Assembly: GCA_964632485.1 (NCBI GenBank)
Contig: CAZWDO010000002.1
Span: 124,001 to 188,000, forward strand
Reading direction: 5' to 3'
Source: an uncultured bacterium
GTDB lineage: Bacteria; JAGOEH01
DNA: 64,000 nucleotides
Numbering within the stretch: the first letter of the stretch is position 1; every line of letters starts with the position of its first letter. A program made the translations under genes and the position numbers. Positions 18,940 through 27,874 of this stretch are shown here, in pieces. The notes under the pieces are model-generated. The model was not told the origin of the DNA. It saw only the letters and a program-made list of their open reading frames with translations, and did not search any database.

Positions 18940-19211
18940 GCACAAAACTACTTTTCAAAAGATCCGTCATTTCCCAAAACGTATAGTGATGAATGTTGGA
19001 GTTCAAGTAAAATATAACTCCGTCAATATGCAGTTGTTCGCGAAAAATGGCGCGCAGTTGCCTCCGAATTCTATTGCGGACAACTGCTTTACCGATTTTT
19101 TTTTATTACGATTATGGTTTTGGATACTTCCGGCTGATAATATAACATCCCAAACGGGGTATCAAACCGTTTCCCTTTACGCAGACTGCGAATTGTTTGC
19201 TGGATCGACAT
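18911..19211 (-). CDS. rnpA: Ribonuclease P protein component, interrupted by a +1 frameshift in an A9 run (19096-19104)
   Basis: ATG overlaps the rpmH stop (TAATG). Removing one A gives 99 aa containing VIKKIGKAVVRNRIRRQLRAIFR (RNR motif). Canonical rpmH-rnpA-yidD-yidC synteny. Confidence 0.85.
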
Positions 19212-19345
19212 TAAGCGGAAAGACGCTTGCGGCCTTTAGCTCGCCGGCGACTGAGAACTTTGCGCCCATTTTTTGTCGACATACGTTTGCGAAATCCGTG
19301 TTCATTTTTGCGGCGGCGTTTGTGGGGCTGGAATGTCCGTTTCAT
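19211..19345 (-). CDS. rpmH: 50S ribosomal protein L34 (44 aa)
   Basis: [44 protein letters not shown] with SD AAGGAG. Absent from the ORF track. Confidence 0.97.
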   Translation of the reverse strand: MKRTFQPHKRRRKNEHGFRKRMSTKNGRKVLSRRRAKGRKRLSA

Positions 19346-19402
19346 ACTCATATTCTCCTTTTAATTCAATACCGGGTTCAATTAAAAATAATACATACCC
19401 CT

Positions 19403-19431
19403 ATTATACAATTTTTTTCTTCTTTTGTCAA
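19403..19431 (-). promoter_or_regulatory. Consensus sigma70 promoter of the rpmH operon
   Basis: Exact TTGACA-17-TATAAT. Confidence 0.85.
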
Positions 19432-19660
19432 GGGAAAATTACTTAAGCCGATTCTTTACGGCATGAATGATCTCAATTTTTTACATTCTTCTTGTCATTC
19501 GTAGGGTAGCAAATCAACTATACCCTGCAAAACTACTTTATTAAATGCGAAAAAATTAGTAAATGCTCCTGATTGTTTAGAATTGGAATGTTTTGTTCCA
19601 AATCTGCGTCTCAATTTATAAGTATTTAGTGATTGGTTAAAATATTTTTTTGATCAGGTC

Positions 19661-19689
19661 TTGACATTTTCTCAACTTTTTACTATATT
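19661..19689 (+). promoter_or_regulatory. sigma70-type promoter of the HD-GYP gene
   Basis: TTGACA-17-TATATT. Confidence 0.7.
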
Positions 19690-19737
19690 TTAGCTGTAAG
19701 ATTTTAATGAAGCTGCTTTATCCAAAAAAGGCGGATT

Positions 19738-20778
19738 ATGGACATTATTCAAGTAGATGATGCCAAACAGAATTTAATAATTATTGAGAATTGGGCTATC
19801 AAGGCCGGGTTTAAGATTAAAAGCTTTCTAAATCCCTCCGATGCGTTGCAGTATTCTCTTGAACACAATGTTGATTTGGCTATTGTTGATTATATGATGC
19901 CTGAAATGAATGGGATTGAATTAATTAAACGATTGCGGGAGAAATTTTTAGATATTCCGATTATTATGATTACAGCAGTGAATGATGATATGGATATTAA
20001 ATTGCAAGCCCTTCAAGCCGGAGCTACAGAATTCTTAAACAAACCCTTGAATCAGGTTGAATTTTTAGCGCGTTTTAAAAATCTGGTCAAATTACGAGAT
20101 TTCCAAATCATGCTTAAAGACAAAACCAAGCTTTTAGAGCAGGAGGTTGTTCGGGCAACCGCAAATATCGTATTGCGGGAGCATGAGACTCTCCACGTTT
20201 TAGGAAAAGCAGCGGAATATAAAGATCCGGAAACAGGAGGACATATCCTTCGGGTTGCTAATTACTGTAAATTGTTGGCTCGTATGTCGGGAATGGATGT
20301 CCATCAGCAGGAAATCATCTATTTTGCGTCCCCCCTCCATGATATTGGTAAGCTCGGTGTGCCGGACAATATTTTATTAAAACCGGGTAAACTCACCCCC
20401 GAGGAATTTGATATTATGAAAAGACATACCACAATCGGCGCTCAGATACTGGAAAGAACTAAAAGCAAATATTTAGAAATGGGGCATGAAATCGCTTTAT
20501 CGCACCATGAAAAATATAATGGTCAAGGTTATCCTCACGCCTTAAAAGGAGAAAATATCCCCATATCAGGTCGGATTGTAGCCGTTGTCGATGTATTTGA
20601 TGCGCTGACAACCAAACGCCCGTATAAGGAACCCTGGAGTCTGGATGCGTCATTTAATTATATTGAACAGGAAGTGAATTCTCACTTTGATCCGCGGATC
20701 GCAGAGATTTTTTTGAATAATCGTGAAGAAGTTGAGCATATTTTTAATAATTATAATGATCAAAACGACAATTACTAA
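19738..20778 (+). CDS. Response regulator with HD-GYP cyclic dinucleotide phosphodiesterase domain (RpfG family)
   Basis: REC (VDD, VDYMMP, KP), ETGGHILRV, LHDIGKLG, HHEKYNGQGYP and DVFDALTTKRPYK. Confidence 0.93.
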   Translation: MDIIQVDDAKQNLIIIENWAIKAGFKIKSFLNPSDALQYSLEHNVDLAIVDYMMPEMNGIELIKRLREKFLDIPIIMITAVNDDMDIKLQALQAGATEFLNKPLNQVEFLARFKNLVKLRDFQIMLKDKTKLLEQEVVRATANIVLREHETLHVLGKAAEYKDPETGGHILRVANYCKLLARMSGMDVHQQEIIYFASPLHDIGKLGVPDNILLKPGKLTPEEFDIMKRHTTIGAQILERTKSKYLEMGHEIALSHHEKYNGQGYPHALKGENIPISGRIVAVVDVFDALTTKRPYKEPWSLDASFNYIEQEVNSHFDPRIAEIFLNNREEVEHIFNNYNDQNDNY

Positions 20779-20918
20779 CGCATTCTCTCTTTTTTTGAGT
20801 TGATTTTAACGTCTCAGTTGTTTTTTGTGTTCGTTTATGCAATTTTTCCGACAGTAAACTCTATTAATACCCCGCCTTCGTTCGTTTTCTAAATGATTTA
20901 GTGTGTTTTGGTTCACTT

Positions 20919-23900
20919 ATGAGAATAAAACGCTTTCTATTAAAATTCCTTTACGTTTTTTTAGGTTTAGCCGCAGGGCATCTATCTTTTTATGCAGAAC
21001 CTTTTGATATCACCTTTGAACAGATTATTCGGGATACGGATATGTCCCGCGGTTCCATCTTTACCATTATCCAGGACAAACTGGGTTTTCTCTGGTTTTG
21101 CACCAGTGATGGATTGAATCGCTATGATGGATACCAAACTCTTCTTTATCAATTTGATAGTACCGATTCCACCAGTTTGAGTAGTAATTTCGTCTATGTG
21201 ATATATGAGGATCGACAGGGTGATATGTGGATTGGCACTGATGGGGGAGGTCTTAATCGCTTTGATCGCAATCTGGAACAATTTATCCATTATCAATATC
21301 GAAGCGACGATGAAACCAGTATCAGCGATAATTCGGTTCCTTCTATATTTGAAGATCATACCGGCACTCTATGGATTGGAACGAAACACGGACTCAATCG
21401 GTATGATCGAGCCGGGGATTGTTTTTTTCGTTATTTCCATGATCCTCAGGATAATAAATCTTTAAGCAACGATTTTATTTGGGCGATATGTGAAGATTCG
21501 GCCGATAATCTTTGGTTTGGAACCAATATAGGGTTAAACCGGTTGGATCCAATGCGGCAAAAATTTGACAGATTTATCAACAGAGCCGACGATTCAACCA
21601 GCATTAGCCATAATTATGTTTATGCGCTCTGCCTGGATCACCGTGGGCAGTTGTGGGTGGGCACTCATTGGGGGTTAAATCGATGGGATGCTTCCACTGA
21701 ACGTTTTATCCGCTATTTTCATCAATCGGATCAACCGGGTTCCCTGAGTTATAATAAAATTTGGCGCGTGATGGAAGATCAGGAGAGGAATCTATGGATC
21801 GGGACGTTGGGTGGTGGATTGAATCGTTACGAACCATCAGAGGACGCATTTGTTCGTTATCAACACCATGAACTGGACCCAGCTAGTTTATCGCATGATA
21901 AAATTTGGTCAATCTATCAGGACCGTTCTGGAATAATTTGGGTAGGAACTGAAATCGGTTTAAATAAATTTTACTTCAAACAAGGTCAATTAAGACATTA
22001 TTATCGCCGACCATGGTTAGATAACACGCTGAGTGATAATTATATCCGCTGTGTTATCGAGACTCGTGACTGCAGAATTTGGATTGGCGCCCATTCGGGA
22101 GGCTTAAATTGCTGGGATCGAAAAAATCAGCAGTTTACCCATTTTGAAAACCGGCAGAACGATCGCTCTTCGATTCGTTCAAATTCCATCTGGTCGCTAT
22201 TAGAGGATGAAAAAGGTCTTTTATGGGTGGGCACTAATAATGGTGGGTTGAACTGTCTGGATCGAAAAACGAATACGTTTAAAACCTGGCTTAGCGATGA
22301 CAGCGATAATCTCAGTCTAAGCAGCAACACCATCCGTGAAATCTATTTGGATCGTAACAATAATATGTGGTTGGCAACCTATGGGGGATTAAATCTGTTT
22401 GACCGGGAAACTGGCAAAGCTGAACGCTACCCGGCGAATCCCGACGCTCCGGGAAGCATAAGCCATAATTGGGTGTTTTGTCTTCTGGAAGATATTCAGG
22501 GAAATTTTTGGGTGGGAACGAAGTACGGTCTGAATATTTTTAATCGCCGAACAAAGAGATTTTTTCCGTTTTATCATGATCATACTGATACGTTATCACT
22601 GAGTGGGAATGAAATCTATGATTTGCATCAGGATCAGTCAGGGAATTTATGGATAGCCACGGATCATGGGCTGAACCGTTTCTGCTATGAAGATTCCACC
22701 TTTGAACGCTTTTCTAATATCAATGATGTTTCCAATCGATTGATCTATGCTATCCGTGAGGATAATAGCCAAAATCTGTGGTTGAGTACGAATAGCAAGA
22801 TTGTAAAATTTAGTCCTGTTACTTCCTTTACAAAGTTTTATTCACTTAACAGCCAAACATCATTTAACGATTTTCAACCCGGTGTTAGCGCTCAAACGGA
22901 ATCCGGCGAATTTATTTTTGGCGGTAAGAACGGTTTTGTACTTTTTCATCCCGATACTCTTTTTGATAATCCGATTGCTCCCCAAGTCGCTTTGACGGAT
23001 TTTAAAATTTTCAATCACTCACTAAAAATTTCAGAACGTTCCTGGTACACTCGTTCGATTTCGTTGATTGACTCTATTGAATTATACCATGGAGATGATT
23101 TTTTTTCTTTTGAATTTTCGGCGCTTCATTTTTTAAATCCTGAGCGCAATCAATTTGCTTATTACATGGAGGGTTTTGATAAGGAATGGGTTTATTCATC
23201 GAATCGTCGTTTTGCCAGTTATACAAATCTGGACCCCGGTCGATATACCTTCCGGGTAAAAGCCTGCAATTCGAACGGAATATGGAATAATACCGGAATT
23301 GCTATTGTCTTACGCATCATCCCCCCTTTTTGGAGAACCTCTGTTTTTTTAATTGCGCTGATTATTATTATCATCACAAGTATTGTTAGCTACTATCGTA
23401 TCCGAACTGCCACAATCCGAAAACGCAATCGCCAGCTCACTGAATACAATCAGGAACTGAACGATCAGATTAAATACCGACTTCAGGTGGAACATGAACT
23501 TAAAATGACCCGTAATTATCTACAAAACGTTTTTGATTCCTTTCCTTCCGTTTTAATTGCAGCCAATCCAAAAGGCATGATTAATCAATGGAATAAAACC
23601 GCCGAATTGTTTTTTGGAAAATTACCCGGAGAAAATGAAAATAATTATCTATGGAAGTTGGTCCCTTTTATGGATGAATATCGGGAGATTTTTTTTAATG
23701 TTCCCGAAACTGCGCGCCCCCGGGAATTTGAACGGATCGATGAGATTGCCGGAGTGAAATATGATTTACGGATTCTGTTCTATCCAATCGATCACAATGG
23801 GTCCAATGATTGGGTGATCCGAATTGATGATGTGTCGGAACTCAGAAAAAAAGAGGAACAGCTCCGACAATCGCAAAAAATGGAATTGATCGGAAATCTC

Positions 23901-25052
23901 GCCGGTGGATTAGCGCATGATTTCAATAATATCCTGGGCGCCATCATCGGGACTATCTCCTTGATCGATTATCTGCTAAAATCTGACCGTTTTGACTTAA
24001 GCCGGTTCACAAATTATATTACCATTATCCGGGAATCCGCTAACCGAGGTTCGGAACTTGTTCAACAATTAATGATGCTATCGAAAAGACAGGAATTAGT
24101 ATTCCATATATCCGATTTAAATCAGATAACTGGAAATGCCTTGAAAATCGGATGCAATATTATCGATAAAAGTATAAAAATTAATTTCCATCCCCATGAA
24201 TCAAATGCGTTGGTAAATGCTGATCCGTTTCAATTGGAACAGGTTTTCCTTAATCTATTCATTAATGCCGCCGATGCCATGACAATTATGCGGGATTCAG
24301 AATTGCTTTACGGCGGTGATTTGTCAATTTCAATTACTGATTATCAGGCGAATGATACTTTTTTAGGCAGACACCCTCAGCTAACCGGCCACAATTTTTG
24401 GCTGATTGAAATTGCCGATACCGGTGTCGGAATCGATAACAAATATTTGAGTCAGATTTTTGATCCTTTTTTTACTCATAAAAAGAAGGAAAAGGGAACG
24501 GGACTCGGATTAACCATGGTATATCATATTGTCCGCCAGCATCAGGGTTTGATTAAGGTATATTCGGAACCGGGCAAGGGAACGACTTTTTATTTATATT
24601 TTCCAGTTGTTCAAATGGATTTGACAAGCAGTCCCACTCCGGATATGTCGATTATTTTTCCCCATGGCAGCGGTCGGATTCTAGTAATCGATGATGAGGA
24701 AATTATGCGTGAAACCGCGCGTGAAATCTTAGAGGAATGCGGTTATCAGGTTGTCCTGGCTTCCGGTGGTATTGAGGGAATCGAACGATATAAAAACCAT
24801 CTCAATCACTTTGATCTGGTTCTACTGGATATGGCTATGCCCGAGATGTCTGGTCAAAAAGTAACCGCTGAACTAAAAAAAATTGATTCTAATGTGAAAA
24901 TAATATTAAGTTCGGGATTTAAATTTGATCAACGGATTCAATCTACTATTGATATGGGTATTGCTGGTTTTATCCAAAAACCGTACACATTAAGGAAACT
25001 GGCCTGTTGTATTCATGATACACTGCAGCAATCCCTAATGCGCGATTCTTGA
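20919..25052 (+). CDS. Hybrid sensor histidine kinase: beta-propeller (Reg_prop) repeats, Y_Y_Y, TM, PAS, HisKA, HATPase, REC
   Basis: Repeated D..G.LWIGT..GLN, YTNLDPGRYTFRVKA, AHDFNNIL, NLFINAADA, DTGVGI, GTGLGL and LLDMAMP. Start is ATG 20919 or GTG 20901. Confidence 0.93.
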   Translation: MRIKRFLLKFLYVFLGLAAGHLSFYAEPFDITFEQIIRDTDMSRGSIFTIIQDKLGFLWFCTSDGLNRYDGYQTLLYQFDSTDSTSLSSNFVYVIYEDRQGDMWIGTDGGGLNRFDRNLEQFIHYQYRSDDETSISDNSVPSIFEDHTGTLWIGTKHGLNRYDRAGDCFFRYFHDPQDNKSLSNDFIWAICEDSADNLWFGTNIGLNRLDPMRQKFDRFINRADDSTSISHNYVYALCLDHRGQLWVGTHWGLNRWDASTERFIRYFHQSDQPGSLSYNKIWRVMEDQERNLWIGTLGGGLNRYEPSEDAFVRYQHHELDPASLSHDKIWSIYQDRSGIIWVGTEIGLNKFYFKQGQLRHYYRRPWLDNTLSDNYIRCVIETRDCRIWIGAHSGGLNCWDRKNQQFTHFENRQNDRSSIRSNSIWSLLEDEKGLLWVGTNNGGLNCLDRKTNTFKTWLSDDSDNLSLSSNTIREIYLDRNNNMWLATYGGLNLFDRETGKAERYPANPDAPGSISHNWVFCLLEDIQGNFWVGTKYGLNIFNRRTKRFFPFYHDHTDTLSLSGNEIYDLHQDQSGNLWIATDHGLNRFCYEDSTFERFSNINDVSNRLIYAIREDNSQNLWLSTNSKIVKFSPVTSFTKFYSLNSQTSFNDFQPGVSAQTESGEFIFGGKNGFVLFHPDTLFDNPIAPQVALTDFKIFNHSLKISERSWYTRSISLIDSIELYHGDDFFSFEFSALHFLNPERNQFAYYMEGFDKEWVYSSNRRFASYTNLDPGRYTFRVKACNSNGIWNNTGIAIVLRIIPPFWRTSVFLIALIIIIITSIVSYYRIRTATIRKRNRQLTEYNQELNDQIKYRLQVEHELKMTRNYLQNVFDSFPSVLIAANPKGMINQWNKTAELFFGKLPGENENNYLWKLVPFMDEYREIFFNVPETARPREFERIDEIAGVKYDLRILFYPIDHNGSNDWVIRIDDVSELRKKEEQLRQSQKMELIGNLAGGLAHDFNNILGAIIGTISLIDYLLKSDRFDLSRFTNYITIIRESANRGSELVQQLMMLSKRQELVFHISDLNQITGNALKIGCNIIDKSIKINFHPHESNALVNADPFQLEQVFLNLFINAADAMTIMRDSELLYGGDLSISITDYQANDTFLGRHPQLTGHNFWLIEIADTGVGIDNKYLSQIFDPFFTHKKKEKGTGLGLTMVYHIVRQHQGLIKVYSEPGKGTTFYLYFPVVQMDLTSSPTPDMSIIFPHGSGRILVIDDEEIMRETAREILEECGYQVVLASGGIEGIERYKNHLNHFDLVLLDMAMPEMSGQKVTAELKKIDSNVKIILSSGFKFDQRIQSTIDMGIAGFIQKPYTLRKLACCIHDTLQQSLMRDS

Positions 25053-25187
25053 TTATTAAAACAATTTTTTTGGACTGTCCAGCATTTATTTCAATTGTTA
25101 TCTTGTTTTTTTTTACTTGACATTATTAGAAAATATAATTATTAATAAAATAGCAGGCTTAATTTTTTAGTATGAAAGGAGCGAAAA

Positions 25188-27218
25188 ATGAAACGATTGA
25201 TGTGTTTCATCGCTATTTTGTTGATGGGTTTATCCGGATTGACTAATGGGCAGGATTCTGTTGAGGATTTGATGAATATGGACCTTGAGGAGATGCTGAA
25301 CATGCAAATCAATGTGGCGACCGGCGCGAAATCGCTGACTTCCCGTGAATCCCCCGGCATTATTACAGTGGTTACGGCTGAAGATATCCGTAACAGTGGA
25401 GCGCGTGATTTGATGGATATCCTTTATCGAGTGCCCGGTTTTTATTTCGGAACCGATGTGGAAGGAGTGGAAAATATCGGCTTTCGAGGTAATTGGGCTC
25501 ATGAAGGCAAGATGCTGCTCATCTGGGACGGAGTGGAAAATAACGAGTTATCTTATAGTACGCTGATTCTGGGTAATCATTACCCGGTCGATCAAATCAA
25601 ACGCATTGAAATTATTCGGGGACCCGGGTCCGCAATCTATGGCGGCAATGCCGAGCTGGGCGTCATCAATATCGTCACGAAAAATGCCGAGGATATTGAT
25701 GGATTGGCTTTCACCGCGGTTTACGGACAATTGGCAGATACATATCGGCGAAAAAATATCAGTCTTTCTGCTGGGAAAAAATTGGGTGATTTAGGCTTAA
25801 CGCTTCATGGCTTTTTCGGACAGGGCAATAAAAGTGATAAAAGTTATAGTGATTTGAACGGAGATGCCTATAATTTGAAAGATAATGCCAGTCAAAACCC
25901 CTTGATGCTCAATCTGGGAGCGGTGTATAAGGGTTTGACGGTGCGCGCGATCGCGGATCGGTTTACAACCACCCAACGTGATATGTTCGCCGTCAACATC
26001 CCTGCCGAAGCCGATGCCTTAACGACCCGCTACCACGCATACCACGCTTCCGTAAAATATCAATGGCAAGTGAACGATCAGTTGATGGTTACTCCGGCAT
26101 TGCGTTTCCGCCGCCATTATTCCTATAATTCCGCCGATGACGATGTCAATAAAATTCTTGCAATCGATCCGGAATCGGATGCCTTATATATGTATGATCG
26201 CTATACTCAACGCTTGACCGGGGAATTAACTATGGGCTACGATTTAAATCCCGATGTTAATGTTCTGGTAGGAGCGCAGGCGTATCAGGAATCGGCTCAC
26301 GCTCATGAGAATCCAGAGGGTCGTAATAATTTTGCGGGTCCCAATAAAGAATATGATAAAGATGAAATCAGCTTTTCTGATGTTGCCGCTTTCTTCCAGG
26401 CCCTTATCAAAACTTCTTTTTTGAATATCACAGCCGGTGGTCGCTATGATACTCATAGCGAAGGTGCGAACGCTTTTGTCCCGCGGCTCGGACTGACCCG
26501 GGTTTTTTCTGACCGATACCATGCCAAAGTATTGCTTTCCCAGGCTTTCCGTACACCCTCCCTTATCAATGTCGATCTAAACAGCAATATCCAACCAGAA
26601 AAAACAACGGTTGTTGAACTGGAAGGTGGTATTAAAGTCAATAATAAAACCTTTCTAACCGCGAACATCTTTGATATTACTATTAACGATCCGATTGTCT
26701 ATGTGCTGGATGATGAAGGAGAATCGTATAAAAATTTTGATAAAACCGGTTCCCAGGGATTTGAACTCGAATTTCGTTTTCAATCTGATTGGAATCATCA
26801 GGTATTCAGTTATTCTTTTTATACGGCAGAAAATAAAGATATCATCGCGGATTATCGAATTCCGAACACAGAATCCCCGGATGCCTGGCTTCAGGATCAG
26901 GTGTTGGCCTTTCCAAAACATAAGTTTTGCATGAATTCAACCTATTTTGTTTCAAGCCGTTTAACCTTAAATACCAATTTGGTTTATCAATCAAAAGTAT
27001 ATGCTTTGCGCGACGAAAACATCGAAGTATTCAATTTTACAATACTGGATATGTATGTTTCCTATCGCTATTTTGGTATTAAAGGTTTGGAGTTGGGTCT
27101 GGGTGTGTATAATCTTTTCAATAGCGACTATTACTATATTCAGCCCTACCAGGGTGGGCATAATCCCATTCCGGGAATGGGGCGTGAAATCCTCTTTCGA
27201 ATCAACTGGCGAACTTAA
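25188..27218 (+). CDS. TonB-dependent receptor
   Basis: Signal peptide, MDLEEMLNM, ITVVTAEDIRNSGARDL, RIEIIRGPGSAIYG and GVYNLFN near the C-terminus. SD aaggag. Confidence 0.92.
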   Translation: MKRLMCFIAILLMGLSGLTNGQDSVEDLMNMDLEEMLNMQINVATGAKSLTSRESPGIITVVTAEDIRNSGARDLMDILYRVPGFYFGTDVEGVENIGFRGNWAHEGKMLLIWDGVENNELSYSTLILGNHYPVDQIKRIEIIRGPGSAIYGGNAELGVINIVTKNAEDIDGLAFTAVYGQLADTYRRKNISLSAGKKLGDLGLTLHGFFGQGNKSDKSYSDLNGDAYNLKDNASQNPLMLNLGAVYKGLTVRAIADRFTTTQRDMFAVNIPAEADALTTRYHAYHASVKYQWQVNDQLMVTPALRFRRHYSYNSADDDVNKILAIDPESDALYMYDRYTQRLTGELTMGYDLNPDVNVLVGAQAYQESAHAHENPEGRNNFAGPNKEYDKDEISFSDVAAFFQALIKTSFLNITAGGRYDTHSEGANAFVPRLGLTRVFSDRYHAKVLLSQAFRTPSLINVDLNSNIQPEKTTVVELEGGIKVNNKTFLTANIFDITINDPIVYVLDDEGESYKNFDKTGSQGFELEFRFQSDWNHQVFSYSFYTAENKDIIADYRIPNTESPDAWLQDQVLAFPKHKFCMNSTYFVSSRLTLNTNLVYQSKVYALRDENIEVFNFTILDMYVSYRYFGIKGLELGLGVYNLFNSDYYYIQPYQGGHNPIPGMGREILFRINWRT

Positions 27219-27249
27219 CCCTGGTAGTCTCGCTTGTAATTGATTTTTG

Positions 27250-27280
27250 CTCATGCCGGAACTTCTAAGTCCGGCATGAG
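27250..27280 (+). terminator. Hairpin after the TonB-dependent receptor gene
   Basis: CTCATGCCGGA-9 nt-TCCGGCATGAG perfect 11-bp stem with no clear U tract. Confidence 0.5.
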
Positions 27281-27500
27281 ATGAGTGATGGATTTTGTTG
27301 AGTAGTTTCCGTTTAATTTTTGGAAATATTCTTTTTGGGTTTAAGCGTGGGTGATACTGAAAAGATTTATATAAAACTGATATAACCATTTTATTTATAA
27401 CAAGTTGTTTTATTTGATTAACATCAAATTTTGCTATTAGGACTAACATATCATATAGGTAAGTTGGTTTAATTTATAAAAAAACTATCCATTCATATAG

Positions 27501-27529
27501 TTGACATCCCCAAAAAAAAATCGTAATAT
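27501..27529 (+). promoter_or_regulatory. sigma70-type promoter
   Basis: TTGACA-17-TAATAT, predicted +1 near 27536. Confidence 0.65.
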
Positions 27530-27535
27530 GTGTTC

Positions 27536-27685
27536 AATGATTAATTGATAGGAGTATCCCGTTGATTCATGGGGATGTTTTTTCATCGGATTGAAAAGCC
27601 TGCGCCCAAAACGAAACGTCCGATGCCAATACCGTCGTTAGAAAATTAATCCATGAATTATTCTGATACTCCTACATTAATCATT
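27536..27685 (+). ncRNA. Candidate rod-shaped structured RNA (6S-like or unknown family)
   Basis: Four nested perfect stems: AATGATTAAT/ATTAATCATT, TAGGAGTATC/GATACTCCTA, ATTCATGG/CCATGAAT and CATCGGA/TCCGATG. Confidence 0.55.
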
Positions 27686-27874
27686 AGTAGTATATCGGAG
27701 GTTTTCCAGCCTGTGACGGAGGGTTCGTATTGAAAGGCGCGAACAATAACTCCAAAAAAGCGAAAGGAGACCGTTGGCAATACATTAATTCGGTAATAAT
27801 TCGGTTGTCGTCTCTCTTCCGTTACGCATGAAATCGATTGTTGAACAATCTGCCATGATTTTAAGGAGTTGAGC

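Noticed and set aside
18938-19504. 188-aa plus-strand ORF
   Set aside because: It is the antisense shadow of rpmH/rnpA and their promoter, with no recognisable domain.
20950-23300. Recurrent repeats in both large sensor kinases as a possible CRISPR or DNA repeat array
   Set aside because: They are protein-level beta-propeller blades with diverged DNA and no identical repeat-spacer structure.
27598-27635. GCCTGCGCCCAAAA..GATGCCAAT similarity to the M-box riboswitch core
   Set aside because: It lacks the UAGGUGAGGCU start and the pairing GGG, and the downstream gene is not a metal transporter.
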